A stretch of DNA of 64,000 bases from Haliotis rubra (lineage: Eukaryota), in the NCBI RefSeq assembly GCF_003918875.1, contig NW_025765507.1, forward strand, positions 1 through 64,000, in the 5' to 3' direction. Below the pieces are notes generated by a model that saw only the letters and a list, made by a program, of their open reading frames with translations, did not search any database and was not told the origin of the DNA. Shown in pieces: positions 12,751-26,200 of this stretch (its first letter is position 1; the number at the start of each line of letters is the position of its first letter). A program made the position numbers and the translations under genes.

Positions 12751-13029
12751 TTGTTATCCTTCCCTACTGCTCCAACTTCTAAATTCCTCTCAAAGAAGTT
12801 ATGGTGAAAGGAAGGTCGTTTTCTCAATTTATCGACCGAAATACTGAGAATATATATACTGTATACACTCATAACAAATGAGTATGTATTTACTAATACA
12901 TACATTCTGGATGATGCGAATTCCTGGAGTTTTCCGCTGTTTATTTCTTTGAAAAGCTGAATTCTATTATCAGTGACGACTCATTAAACCGTGGAACAAT
13001 AAATTCTGTCCACTGAGCTGTTTCATATC

Positions 13030-13600
13030 ACGTACGAATGGCAGTCGTATTGGTTATGTTAGTAGCTGGCATTAGAGCGAAGGGAAGCACACAATGTAGG
13101 GGATGGGGATGGGGCACGAACTGGACATACTTCAGTTATGGTACTGGACGGAAAGAAGGCAAGACAACGTACAATGGCTTCGTAGACGCCTTGAATGTCT
13201 TGATGGACATTGCATAGTCTAACATAGTTCTACATTGAATAAATAGTAATAAAACTGAAGCTGCTTGTTCAAGCTGATGATGGGTTACCCTGGAGGACCT
13301 GATGGTTAGCACAGGCCACGAACTGGACACTGAACTGAAAGCATATTGTGATGATGATAGCCCAAGTAAATCTATACGGTATAAGTGGTGGGTGCAGGAA
13401 CAATACCAACAATATTTTGCAAACAGTGTGTGAAGTGAAATCAATTTGTACATTCTATGTAAAGAAATCTATGTTTTAAAACACACCAGCCACATGCACA
13501 CGCGTACGCACGCAGATATATTAAAACACCCCAGTGCCAAGTTACTGCCAACCCTTCTCCATCAACAGCCTATGAACGGGACAGGAAGGACATTTACCAT
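13030..13600 (+). pseudogene. Highly decayed arylsulfatase paralog relic
   Basis: About 13038-13177 resembles exon 10 (GGGAAGCACACAATG..AAGACAACGTACAATGG) with stops. About 13270-13390 resembles exon 13 (AAGCTGATGATGGGTTACCCTGGAGGACCTGATGGTTAGCAC = [13 protein letters not shown]). CCTTCTCCATCAACAG at about 13553 matches the exon-14 acceptor of gene A. Confidence 0.7.
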
Positions 13601-14505
13601 ACAATGGATAGCGTTCTCGGCAGGATAAAGCCAACGGATATTTTCGGTATCCTTTTGGATCTAATGCGGAAATCGATGCCAATTAGAGGTTATATGTAAC
13701 TTCAGGGACTGCTTTCACAGTGTACACAAACATGGCGTCACGCTCCTCTGTCGTGTCCGGATTGACGACCATGGTTACGGTACTGTCAGTGCCTTGATCC
13801 AAGGAAATTCATGTCTGGAAATGATGGCTGTGGAGATTACGAAGGGAGGATAGAAATTCATATGCATACGAAGACACTAAGACCAGTTGCCCGACCGACT
13901 GTCAGTGTTGGCGAGCAAACGGCACAGGAATCCAGGTTTCGCAAATGTCACGTGAACATTAAAGTGTATTAGTTGTTCGAAAGGTTATTTGAAGGGTTCT
14001 GAATTTCCACACGGGTTTGTTGTTATGTTTCAAACGTAAGCTAAGATTTATTGACAACAATACGTGCTGTAACATAAAAACGTACTGGGAACTAGATCAC
14101 CTAACGCTGTCAATTGAGTGATCAGTAGGAAATTGTGTCACTGAGCTTGTCACGTAACGTATTACTACGCACATACTAGTATTTGTGACGTCAGAGGTAG
14201 TTGTTCACATTCCATGAAGTTTAGCTTCATAATGTGTGGCAATCCAAATCGCAATGGTTATTCCAGGTTGGAACACTCTCCATCTACATCATATGTTTTT
14301 GTAAGATGTGACTTTCGGCAGGCTTGGTGACTTCGGTACATGTTTTACCTGGTATAGTTCATTGTTCATGACAATTTACACGTCAGTGCGATATGGATCG
14401 AGACTGTTGGTAGGTACATCGATAAACAAGGCCCACATCCATGTAGTTTAAGTTCACAGGAAAACATAGGCAACATGTCAATCTGAGATATAGATTGTAT
14501 GTTAT

Positions 14506-15450
14506 GAGTGAGTGAGTTATTATTTAACGTCACATCGGCAATATTGCAGCCATATCGTGACGAAAACATATTTGGCGTTGAAATGGAATATATGAATATT
14601 ATAAAACCTGTTCACGAAGGACAGTAAAACAACTAGAATATCACAATCACAATTACAACTAGCGTGGAAAGTTAAAACTAATAGCACTATATGGACAATA
14701 CAATATAAAACAGGCTATAGATCGCCAACAACTGAAGGTAGATCACTATACTAGGAACTTACATTACTTTTGCTACCTGCATGGAGGCTAGCTGGATTTT
14801 ACACCATCCCTTCAGCCGCTGGCGATTTTAGGATAATTTAGCCGAAATTTAAAAGAACAAAATACTACGTTTAAAAACTTGGTACGTGAAAATTTTACTT
14901 TGAAAGTTTTGGGGACTTACGTACCCTCTCAGGAGGACAATAATTTTACGCTACTTCAACTCCCTTTGAGGATACAGCCACTAACAATCTAAGCTGAAAA
15001 TCTTAACTACCAATTATAAAAACCTATAACCGATATAGGGTTTTATTTCATGTAATTTGTTAATACCTACTTGGGTGTCCAACTTCTTCTGCATCAGATC
15101 CCGGATGTAGGTTCAAATGGCAGCATTCAGAGTTTGGAATAAGAAGAGGTGTCACGGATTTACTGCTGCCTTAGCAGCAAGATCAGCCGTTGTATTCCCA
15201 GAAATGGCAACGTGGCTGGGTAACCAACAAAAGACGATGTTGCATTGGCCAGTAGCAAGCTCATTATACAATTCAATAACTTCTAACAATAGTGGATGTT
15301 TACAAGAAAGAGTTTTAATAGCCTGAAGATACGAAGAGAATCGGAAAAGATTATGTATTGTTTATATTTACGGTGTTTATTAATATATTTAAGAGCTGTT
15401 AATAAGGCGTTAGCTTCTGCTGTGAAAATAGAGCTGTTATTTGGTAGTCG
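14506..15450 (-). mobile_element. LINE (same I/Nimb-like family) 3' part with RNase H remnant
   Basis: The - strand encodes FRLPNNSSIFTAEANALLTALKYI..YIIFSDS and VFCWLPSHVAISGNTTADLAAKAA; the 3'UTR matches 8400-8930. Confidence 0.8.
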
Positions 15451-15571
15451 AAAGATATTGTACTGGATCAATGACAGTGGCACAAGCCACTGCTTGTATG
15501 TTATGACCCACAAGTAGGCAGTTATGTTCCACGCTTGCGAAAGACTGCACATGTCTACAGTACACTAATCA

Positions 15572-15599
15572 GCATATTTTCGTTATCTGAGAGGAATGT
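15572..15599 (+). promoter_or_regulatory. Conserved upstream block with GATA-type motif (gene C)
   Basis: GCATATTTTCGTTATCTGAGAGGAATGT about 305 bp before ATG 15886. Confidence 0.45.
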
Positions 15600-15885
15600 A
15601 TAGATGAACCTTCGTAAACATTCCATGTTTCATGGTTTATAAAACCGATCTTTAAATTGTTAAGATAGAATCTTACACTTAATTATGCAATCGCAAAATA
15701 CTGAAATATCAATAAATGTACTCACACGTTCCTCCTTGATTGATTAAGCCTGATTACATCAATTACCAGAGGAAGTATGTCAAAGGTTGAGATAACATTT
15801 ATCAGTCACGTCCGAGACGTTGAAATGCCTATGTACAGAGAGGATAAAACCAACTGTCTTATTTTTTGAATAACAACCAAACGTG

Positions 15886-18800
15886 ATGGAGGTTCGACAG
15901 CTCCTTGCTCTGTTCCTGTGTGTCCTACCACTGTCAGCAGCGCAGCGTCCTAACATTGTGTTTATTGTGGCAGATGACTTAGGTGAGTGGACATAGGGAA
16001 GGCCTCTAGAATACAATTCAGGTAAAATACATACTGAAACGAAATGATACTGAAATGTTCCATGTCAAGTATACACATTAACCTAGCGGTGAATAATCTA
16101 CATATCCGATGATTAACAATCTGTGTTTATACAGGCTGGAATGATGTTGGTTACCGAAACCCTGACATGAAGACCCCAAACATCGACAAACTGGCCACAG
16201 AAGGAATCATCTTCGAGAATGCATATGTCCAGCCTCTGTGCACCCCGTAAATTGCAGTCATATTGTTCAGTCTTCATTGTCATGAAATACTAAGAAAACT
16301 CCACGCGAATCAGATACTTCTATATGTAACTTGTATATTGCAATTTCTAATTGCCAAATAAAGTAATCAAACAAATGCCAAAACAGCTGAAAAATGAACA
16401 TGTTTTAGGTCAACCTGTGTTTATCTGTCTACGTGATTATGTGACCGGATTACACACGTGCCTACACACTCATTGTTTCAGATCCCGCACTGCCTTCATG
16501 AGTGGAATTTATCCATTCCACGCAGGCACGCAGGTAATTATGTCGTTTAACATAACATGATACAGGCCGAAAGGCATCGAGCGATTGCAAGCTGTCTTGA
16601 GGAATATTCTCCTGCTCCATGAATAGGAATATCGTTACTCATTGCTGTTTACGCACTTTCAATTGACTCTCCTTTTTAAAACAAACTATATCACGAGATG
16701 CATTGTCCTGATTTTCACCATAATGTTTCTTAAAGCAGTTTGTTAAAGAATGTATCATTGTGTACATTGTGTGGTTTTCGTTGTTATATATTTGATAATT
16801 CACGTTGCTGATTGAGAACTAATTCTCATGCTGTCACCTTTATGAATATATCGCAATTTCTTAAAAAATATAAATGTTATTTAGCATGAGACAATTCACC
16901 CTGGCTGAAGCTGTAGCAGCATGTGTACCTCTCAACTATACATTCCTGCCCCAGGAATTAAAGAGACTCGGCTATGCTACACACATGATTGGAAAGTAAG
17001 TACTGCGTTACACAAAGGTAGAAACGACCATTGACACTCACTGGATCTAATGAAGACATATCTTTGGACAAAGCTCAATAATCAAACCTTTAGATGACAA
17101 CTATATAAGTATTGTCATAGACCATTTCGTACATGATTCTAGTCGTGGGAATAACGATCCTATCTCAAATCATATATTAAAAGTGAAACAAAAAATCAAA
17201 CGCTTTTGCAACGAAATATATGTAATCTTAAATATCTGTAACATATATCATGAAAGATTTTACATACCGTACACATATGGACAAACTTAGTCGTCTCTGT
17301 AAACCCATTTTTAACAAATACATTTGTATATGCATGATCCCAAACCTTTTAGCAAGACTCGATAATAATAAATTGTGAATTAGTCATGACGTTATGTTAA
17401 TGGATCACTGAATATCAGTGATGACACTAGGTGAGCATGTCATGTCCTTCCAGTAGATGCACTGTGATGTGAAATTTAAGTACACGTGCTATGTAAACGT
17501 CATCCAAGTTTGAAAGTGGCTTGGGTTCATTTGTTTATTTGCTGACCACCATCAGCAGTGATAAAATACCGACGATGCACCTTATTGACGACACGAGATT
17601 TGTGGATTTTGTGAAGTCATTGCAGGCCAGCAGCAATGTCTGTCCCAGTTAGATCAACGTCACCGGTAAGTTTGGAAGTAGGTGTGAATTCGTCTCAGCG
17701 CACACGTGTTAGATGGGCGATAAATGTACACACGAAGTTGATGGCGTCCTGCTTTAAAGTCATGTGACTTCCTTGTGTCTGAAGGATGATCAACAGTGAC
17801 CTGAGATGTGGAGTTATGCCTTTCCACAGCATGTTGCCCCAATCAGCGAATGCAGAACGTTGCTCAGTAATAGTGTTTAGGGCAAATTTGATTTCAAACA
17901 TTCCTTAGTCACGATATGGCTGACGATGTGACTATGAATATTAACTCACTCACTCACTCACTCACTCTAATATTCCACTTGCACGCTACCCCTTTTTGTC
18001 ACATCGTTGTGGTCAGCAAAGTGTGTTTTTTTTGTAAATAAAACGTCTTCAGCTATTTACAGCTCATCGTGACACTTTGAATGTGTGTCAAAATATATCC
18101 AAGGAATTCTGCGTATGCAAAGTTCCGGGATGCACATGTAAGTGCATGTTGTTATGACAACGTGTTTGCATATGTGATAATGGCAAATCCACGACAGTTA
18201 CTTAATGACCTTCTGAAGCATCGCCATCTGCAATGTCATTCCAGATGGCACCTGGGTTTCTGCAAGTGGGAGTGCACCCCAACCTACCGAGGCTTCGATA
18301 CTTTCTTTGGATACTATAATGGGAATGAAGGATATTTCAATCACTCAATCGGTACGTATTATTCTACTTGTGGGATTTCATGTAAACTCCTCGTGGGCGT
18401 TGTTTTGTTAATTTAAGTTTTGGTATACAGTGCTGGCAAATGCATTTTGATCAAAGGTATTTTCCCTCTTTGTTAGGCGGGTATCTTGACTACAGGGACA
18501 ATGAGCTTCCGGCAAGAAACTATTCCGGGAATATTCTGCTGTACGTAAGTAAGGGAAATTCGTCGGTAATTGTTCATAGTATTTATGCCAATGAGGAACA
18601 TGTTTCTTGAAATGTATTATACTTTATGTTACAGGTCTAAATCATCAGTCGGATATTAGTTTGGCTGTTGCATAAATTCGTATTATCATTTCAGTACACG
18701 TTCACCCAGAGAGCAGTTGACATCATCCATCGACAAAACGCATCACAACCACTGTTTATGTACCTTCCATATCAGAATGTACATGAGCCAATTGAGGTAA

Positions 18801-21800
18801 GAGAGAACTGAAAACGTATACAGGTTTCATCAGCGTGTCAGTGTGATTACCGTCGAAAGAAAATCGTTAAAATAGTTATATCTGTAGTCACAATTGCATG
18901 AATCATTTCAGGGACACGGGTGGCCATGTCGTCTCTGGGAACGTCGGATGCGTATAATCGTGGGTTTGAATGCTAGTTCGACCCGATTATTTATCAAGGT
19001 TTCTCCACTCCTGTCTCGTGCTTGTTAGTTTCGCAGTATCGTTTGTCCCAACCCAATTTAAATACTTTCGTTATTTGTTTAGAATGTAATGAATACATTC
19101 CGTTTCTCAATATATGTACCTCAACTTTGTGACATCACAGGTGCCTAAGAAGTACGAGGATATGTATCCGAACGTCATTAACGAAGGCCGAAGAAAGTAC
19201 AGTGGTATGTACATTCAAGTTACTATTCCTAATAAAAGTTATGCATTGGATCATTTTTAGTCTCAATCCCGGTTTTCTATTTTGTCTCTGAGACAGCAAG
19301 TTATCATAGATCGGTTATTGAGTTTATTAATATTCAATTATTGTCACAATTATTCCGTCACTTTAAAGAGTATTACCCAGTTAAGCAAGTTGGTTTCACC
19401 AGAGTATGAAATCTGCTATCAACGTATCGGGGTGAGCAATAACGACCGACACTACATCTGAGATACTGTTCAAAATGACTTGCCAGTTACTTTCAATGTC
19501 TACAGGAATGGTATCTGCCTTGGATGAAGCGGTTGGAAATGTTACCCAAGCCTTGAAAGATCGGGGCTTGTTTGAAAATACCCTAATTCTGTTTACTACT
19601 GACGTGAGTACATTACAGCTCCAGGATTAACAGGAAGAAACAACAGAAATTACAAAACGATTTGCGTATCTTGAACCCGGTAATTTTACTATTGAGATTA
19701 GGTTCAGATTATGACAGTGTGAAATAACCTCATTGTAGTCAGCAGCGGGAATATATAGATCTCTTATTTCCTGTTCATTATTTCCAAACATGTACATGTT
19801 ACACAAAAGAAACAAAAGCATTCTTCGTAAAACTGCTTGAGGTATCAATTGAACTGCTCTGTGTGCATGTTTAGTGAAGTTATATAAATTCAGTTTCTTC
19901 ACGTTGCTGGAAACGTTGCCTTTCATGAAACTGCCTATGAAGTCATTTTACTACGAACTACAATACGAAACATTCAGAACGGAGGCCCTCTCGACGTGTA
20001 TGCCAACAACTGGCCCTAGCGAGGAGCGAAGCGCACCATCTGGGAGGGTGGCACGAGGGGACATCCTTCATGTACGGAGCGGGGCTCCAAAGGATAAAAA
20101 CTACATATGAAGGGTAACACCAAATAAGACACCGGGCTTAATAATCCTATTTTTGATACGTGTATAATTAATGATGATCCAAATTATATTATATAACCCT
20201 AAATCAAAGTTTCACATAATACATTATCGTAAGTAAGTAAAAAATATCAGAACTGATGATCGGAACTGGAGTTTAGGAAAAGATAGAATGTGAGAAATAT
20301 CGGTGTTATGTTTCCATTTATGTGTGTCAGTATTGCTACACACTGCCTGCAATATTCGATTGTGTAAATTACTCTGTATTTTGGTTATTTTGTATGTGGG
20401 CCGGAGGCCTAAGATACAAAACACGTCTTCCTCTATTGCCACACTTGTTACTCCACTATTGTATATTCCTTGCATTCTAGTGTATACAATTCAACTTCAA
20501 TGAAATTCTTATTGCACACCTTTATATTAGATATACCCCTAATCGATTCGGTTGTGCTTAAACTTTAGATAGTTGAAGTTCTGTAGTCAATTCAAGAATG
20601 TGGTGTTTGAAAACAGGAATCGCTTCTACCTCTTTACAGGATGATCCACGCCGTCGACTGGAAACCCACCTTAGTGTCTGCTGCTGGGGAACTCCAGGTA
20701 GTGTGATAGAAGCCACAAATCCTTTCCACGTCCATAAGAAATCTGTGCAGTGTTACAGCTGTACAATGTTGTTTGTAAACAAATCGATTATGGACCAGAC
20801 AATCCAGTGTTTGTCACCATGCGATAGGATGTGTTTGTGAATCACTATGAAATAGTTATGATACCAGGTGTTTGCGAAAAGCCGTATCTTGCCCCACCGG
20901 TGGCACCCGTCATAAACATATGCTAAGTCTAGTCAGTTGTTTACCTGAAATAATTTTGGAACGTATTGTATATGTCAAAATGGGGAATGGCATCGGACAT
21001 CATTTTTGTGACTGATGCATTAAATTTGGAAATTTCCTCCACATCTCTAACATAAAACGTCTTGAATTTAGTAACCTTGATCACACAACTTCTGAGGAAT
21101 AGTGGTATGACGCTCTTTGAAAATCCTAATACAAACAGCACGCTCGATTGTACCTCAAATGTTGTGAAATGTAAACACCACAGGTTGGAGCTGTTGGAAT
21201 ATTGTTTGACGTGACTAATGGAAAGTTGAAATCATCCCTTTTGTCATACAGCCTTGTGTAGAGTTTTTTTCTATCACTCTGAATCTTTATGCGTATCTAG
21301 ATATGAAACAGTTTAGGCGCTCTCACTTGTCTCCTTAATTTCAAGTTCAGATGGGTAAATCAGAACAGAAGTTTATTCAGTACTATTTGGGCCATAAGGC
21401 TTATGATACAGTTGACAAATACAATATAAATTACACGTGATCATAAACATATGAGTTTCATATAGATCTTATTTTAAATATTTCATTGGGATAGATAGCT
21501 GTTAGATGTTCTACATTACTGTTTTGTGACATGAAAATTGCCTGAATGGTTAGTGGGTCTCTGAGGACTGATTGTAGCTTCTGTAGATATAGAGGTCTGG
21601 CTTGATTATACTTGTCACAAAAAAAAAATACGTGGTTCTCGTCTTCATTAAGGTTATAATTACAAAGGTCACAGATGGGCTTGATCGCGGTTGTAAGATA
21701 GGTAAATCAGTGGAATGGAATTGACTATTTGATGGTTATTGAGCGATATTAGATCACCAATGTACCGGAAGCTTGAGTTGATTTTGACAACCAAAGCAAA

Positions 21801-23174
21801 CATTCTGATTCATATGCAAAAAGAAACAGAAAAGGAGGGAAGCACAATTGGTGCCTATGGGGATGACTACTTCTTTGCGAAGTGTTTACCCCAAATTTCA
21901 CAATGAGTCCTCTTCATGTTTCACGGATTTATGTCACAATTGCTGCTAATTGTGACATAATGAAGGAATAAATTGTCCCTTCAAAGAATCGGTGAGATGA
22001 GTTTTGATGTTCCCTCAGTTTGATAAAACGATGCTGCTAATCGTCGGTATTGTAGCCATATACCTTTTTTATAATTTGAGTACAGAGACAACCATTGATG
22101 GAATGAGTCACTGGGATTCTATTCGATACGGCCTCCCCTCATCAAGGACAGAGTTCATCTACAACATTGACGACTTTGAAGTTCCAGACGAAGGTCATGC
22201 TGGAATAAGGTATTATGATGTTTTACCATCGCATTAGATTGCGTAGATTGATGATCTTACTGTTTATCACTGGATTGTCTGGCCCAGACTCACTTATTTA
22301 CATACTGCACCGTATAGCTGAGATATTGCTGAGTGCGGCGTTAAACAACAAACTAACCAACCAACCATCGTATTAGATAAAATGCAAAATGCTGCCCAAT
22401 TACCTGTACGATATGTTACGGCCATTTGCATACTTCCATACCAAATTAAAAAGTATTTCAAATAATATATCATTAATCCAGTCATACAGTGTTGTATGTC
22501 TGCCTCTTTGTGTATCAGAGTAGGGGACTACAAGCTCATCCTTGGGTACCCAGGTCGTACTGACGGTTGGCACAAACCCATGAACAAAACAAAGGATGAA
22601 CAATATGAAACTATGATTTACATCAAAGGTGATGCGCCTGTCCATCTCTTCAACATACGAGGTAGGCAATGCTCAACGTAATAGTAATGGTAATATATTA
22701 CCTAAATGTCCCTCGTTTGTACACTCGGTTCCAATTATGGGTATGGCTGATCCATAGTGGTATATAGAGGATCAATTCATACCGTGGAGTTTTCAAGACC
22801 TGTCATTCTCATTAAATTTCCTGACCATAGTTACATGACTGCCGAACCACTATCATCCATACTGCATAGTGTTAACGTTGGATGCAGGCTGGAGTGGACG
22901 GCTGAAGAGTACTGGCACAATATACATGTTACAACAGGATGAATACATATTGTTCATAATGCTCTCTTCCATCCTTTTAACCGATATTCTGATTCGTATC
23001 CAGAGGATCCAACTGAGCACAATGACCTCGCACAGCAGATGCCAGACGTGGTAGCGAAGCTGCGTGCCCGGTTTGAAGAGTACAAAAGACGATGGTGCCA
23101 GCCAATTCCCCAAACAGGTTCCTGCAGCGGACCCCAGAAAATACGGGAAGGTTTGGACCCCAGGGTGGTGCTAA
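15886..23174 (+). CDS. ARSB: Arylsulfatase B-like gene C, all 14 exons present but disrupted (possible pseudogene)
   Basis: Exons 15886-15982, 16135-16246, 16482-16533, 16885-16995, 18245-18351, 18477-18540, 18695-18796, 19141-19204, 19506-19603, 19978-20113, 20640-20697, 22086-22209, 22519-22661, 23004-23174. Shows a signal peptide, DDLG, CTP|[10 protein letters not shown]|WHLG and D|NGG. Lesions: 7 extra nt with TGA in E4 (16906), TAG at 20017, and 1-nt homopolymer losses in E6, E10, E11 and E14. Confidence 0.85.
21370..21910 (-). mobile_element. Decayed retroelement fragments (Penelope-like RT joined to an L2/CR1-type zinc-finger tail)
   Basis: On - : [17 protein letters not shown] and [20 protein letters not shown] (PLE RT motifs), then [23 protein letters not shown]. 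Confidence 0.6.
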
Positions 23175-24159
23175 TCAGATGTACTGTGGGTCATTCTAAA
23201 ATGGTGTAAACTAGTGTGCTTAATAAATGAACATTTGTTGCTAATCAGTATTACAGTATTACGAAGTATTTTATGAAAGAATAGTTATGGTAAATGTATA
23301 ATTAAACAATGACTGCTTAAGGCACAATGGCTGCCCTCTCACATTCAATAATATATCATGTATATTTTGTCGGCCGCTACTTTTACCAGGTCAATCATTG
23401 GTAAAATTTCAATACATGCTGACATTGGGACAAAGGGCTGCATCGCATATGTATAGTGGAAGCTGTCAAAACCGGCTGCTGTCCAATCAGGCACGTTGTC
23501 AGCACCGGCATAAAATCTCATTCCCGTCCTTATTTTGTCTAGCTCATTTATCTTCATTTAAATGCGCTGCATTCTTGCAGCTGTCAATTCCGGATCTCGG
23601 CATGAAATGAGCCGCCCGAATATGTGTTTTACAGTAATTGCGGTGCGTGGCGAGAATTCGGCCATATGTGTATTGTCACCAATTTATCCTGCGTTGAAAC
23701 TATATGGTTGTCGACAAAGATAATATAATCTGAGTTCAGTATGGGTATACTTGAACATGTAATTAGTGAAGTGACATTTCTTACTCATGAGGGATGTTAA
23801 ATAGGGGTGGCTTTCGAACACAGAGATGGAAAATCTTGTCGTTTATGGAAACGCTCCAAGCCACGCCCATGGAGTTTCATTCAGTAATGTTACGCTCACG
23901 TTTTTGCCTGCAAACACCACGCCCGTGTTACAACCTTTGACTAAGGTACCATTCAGGCATTTAAAGTCAGATACACATCGTGTCTCCTGAAGTCCCTCAC
24001 TCCAAGAAGGGAAGCGAATGGCTCTGCATGAGTTGGCAAAATCCATCACAGAGCTGGACGCGGTGAAAATAACAGTGAATATCGCTCTCGAATCGTAAAT
24101 TGAGAAGAAAAAAACCCCAGAATATCATATATTTGTTTCACACTTGATTGTTGTTATTA

Positions 24160-24455
24160 AATGTAAAACAATACAAAATAAAACGAGCTACAGATCGCCA
24201 GAAACTGAAGGTACATCACCATACCAGGAACCATGGGGACTTACAATACTTTTGCTTCCTGCATTGGTCATCTGGATTCACACCATCCTTCAGGTGTTGG
24301 CGATTATTTAGGAATTTAATCATAATTCGTTAAAATACCAGATGTTCTTAGATTAAAAAGATGGTAGATACTTTGAATGAAATGGGACTCACGTACCCCT
24401 CCAGGGTGACAATAATTTTATGGTACTTTGCATCCCGTCGAGGGTACAGCCACAA
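24160..24455 (-). mobile_element. LINE 3'UTR fragment (I/Nimb-like family)
   Basis: AACTGAAGGTACATCACCATACCAGGAACCATGGGGACTTAC matches the other copies. Confidence 0.7.
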
Positions 24456-24569
24456 TCAATCAGGTAATAACTGAGTACACATTGTGAGTGCAAAGGCAGT
24501 ACTATTCAAATGTATAAAATACGATAACAGTGGTAGTAAAAATATAATCAGTGAAACATGACTATTTAA

Positions 24570-25830
24570 GGTGGGTCATGTAGATCTCGGTGATGAGGGA
24601 GGATAGTGGGGAACCCATAGGGAGGCCATGGGTCTGTTGTACTTTTTATCTTTCCATGTGAAGTAGGTGGAACTGATGCATCCGTTGATAAGTTTTACGA
24701 TGCTGTCAGGGAAAAGGTGGGTGTCAAGGGTGGAGTGGATTTCTTCGACTCTGGATTTGATGACGGCGAGGGCTTCTTCCCGGGGACATTGGTGAGAAGA
24801 TCAACCACGTCGTAACTTAGCAGCTTGCCGGGTTCAGTGATGGTGCTGATCTTCTTGCAGAACTCACTGGAGTCGGCGATGAAGGACTTGACGGTCTTTC
24901 GTAGGGGGCGAGGTGTTTTGACAGGTGCAGGGCAGTATTGTAATGAGCAGTATTCCGTGAGAAGACGGGCTTTGATGGGATTTTTTGGACCTTGATGGTG
25001 GGTCGGACATAGGGCAGCTGTGGGTGCTGGACCAGGAGTTTCTTATGGAGGGTTGGGCCTATCTCATTGTTTACTAGGAGTCGCTTCAGCAGGGCTCTGT
25101 GTTCTCTCTGCGGCCGGGCGGTGGGGTCTTTCTTCTTCTGCTGGTAGGTGATGGAGTCGCTGAGGATGTTGTCAGCGAGGGTCTCAAAGTCGGCAGTGTG
25201 TGCATTATGACGGTTGCTCTACCTGTGTCAGCTGGGGCGAGAGTGATTTAAGGATCAGCTCTGAGTTTCCCCAGGATCTGCCTTTGAGCATTGTTCAGGT
25301 TTCCTTCTGTTGTTGCGTTGTTATTTTTTTTGCCATGGTTTGAATTTGCTTTTTTCCAGTATGTTGGCAATCTGGTGCCTCATGTAGTCGACCTTACCAC
25401 ATGGCGCTAGTTGTTGAAGGCCTTTCTCCACTTGGACAAGAACATGTCATTGTTTTGGCGCATAGTGGGTAGGACCTTAAGCCCTTTGGAAAGGACTGCA
25501 AGTTCTTGGCTGTGAAGGGTTCTGCTGCTGAGGTTGATGGTGGTTCTCTGGATGTATTCTTCTGTGGACGGTCTAGCCTTTGGTTTGATAGGGGCTTCAT
25601 CTTGTTATTTTGGAGGTATGGTTCGTCTTGAGGGTTTGAGTCTAATCTTTGATTGGCCGATGTTTGGAGATCTCTTAGTTTAGCGCATGTGTCAGGGTTC
25701 AGGGTAGACTTGAGTTGCTCTTGAAGTTGCGTTATGGTGCTGAAGGTGAGAGCCTTAATCTTGTGGTGATGTTGGATTCTTTCTCAGACGAAGATTTGGG
25801 AGGCTGTCTGTAGGATTGTTTGTGCAAAGA
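24570..25830 (-). mobile_element. Penelope-like element reverse transcriptase pseudogene
   Basis: On - : LAPADTGRATVIM, YVRPTIKV, SFIADSSEFCKKI, LLSYDVVDLLTNVP, STYFTW and GLPMGSPLSSLITEIYM; frameshifted. Confidence 0.85.
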
Positions 25831-25967
25831 AGTTGTTTATCCAATGAAACGTCGCCTATATAGAATAAAGAAGTTGTATATCCAACGAAACGTCGCCTTA
25901 ATAGAATAAGGAAGTTGTATATCCATCGAAACGATGCCTACATAGAATAAAGAAGTTGTATATCCAT
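25826..25967 (+). repeat. About 41-bp tandem repeat (about 3.5 copies) resembling a Penelope terminal repeat
   Basis: Unit approximately AAAGAAGTTGTATATCCAACGAAACGTCGCCTATATAGAAT, abutting the PLE 5' end. Confidence 0.75.
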
Positions 25968-26200
25968 AACAATTTCGATGGGTTTGCAACAATGTGCCAC
26001 AGACTAAATGCAGTAATGCGACTTGAATAAGTTCAGAAAATGGTTACGGACTGTGGTTTTGTTATATAGAAACACTTGTGAATCCTCCATTATATATTTT
26101 TTAGTGTTTATGGAAAATATATTTTTTACATACATATGTTTTATCCAAATAAGAAAACAAACAAATGAAAACTTTTATCAGCACAAGTGAACATGTGCCT

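Noticed and set aside
16906-16908. In-frame TGA as possible selenocysteine in gene C
   Set aside because: It lies within a frameshifting insertion at a non-Cys position, so read-through would not restore the frame.
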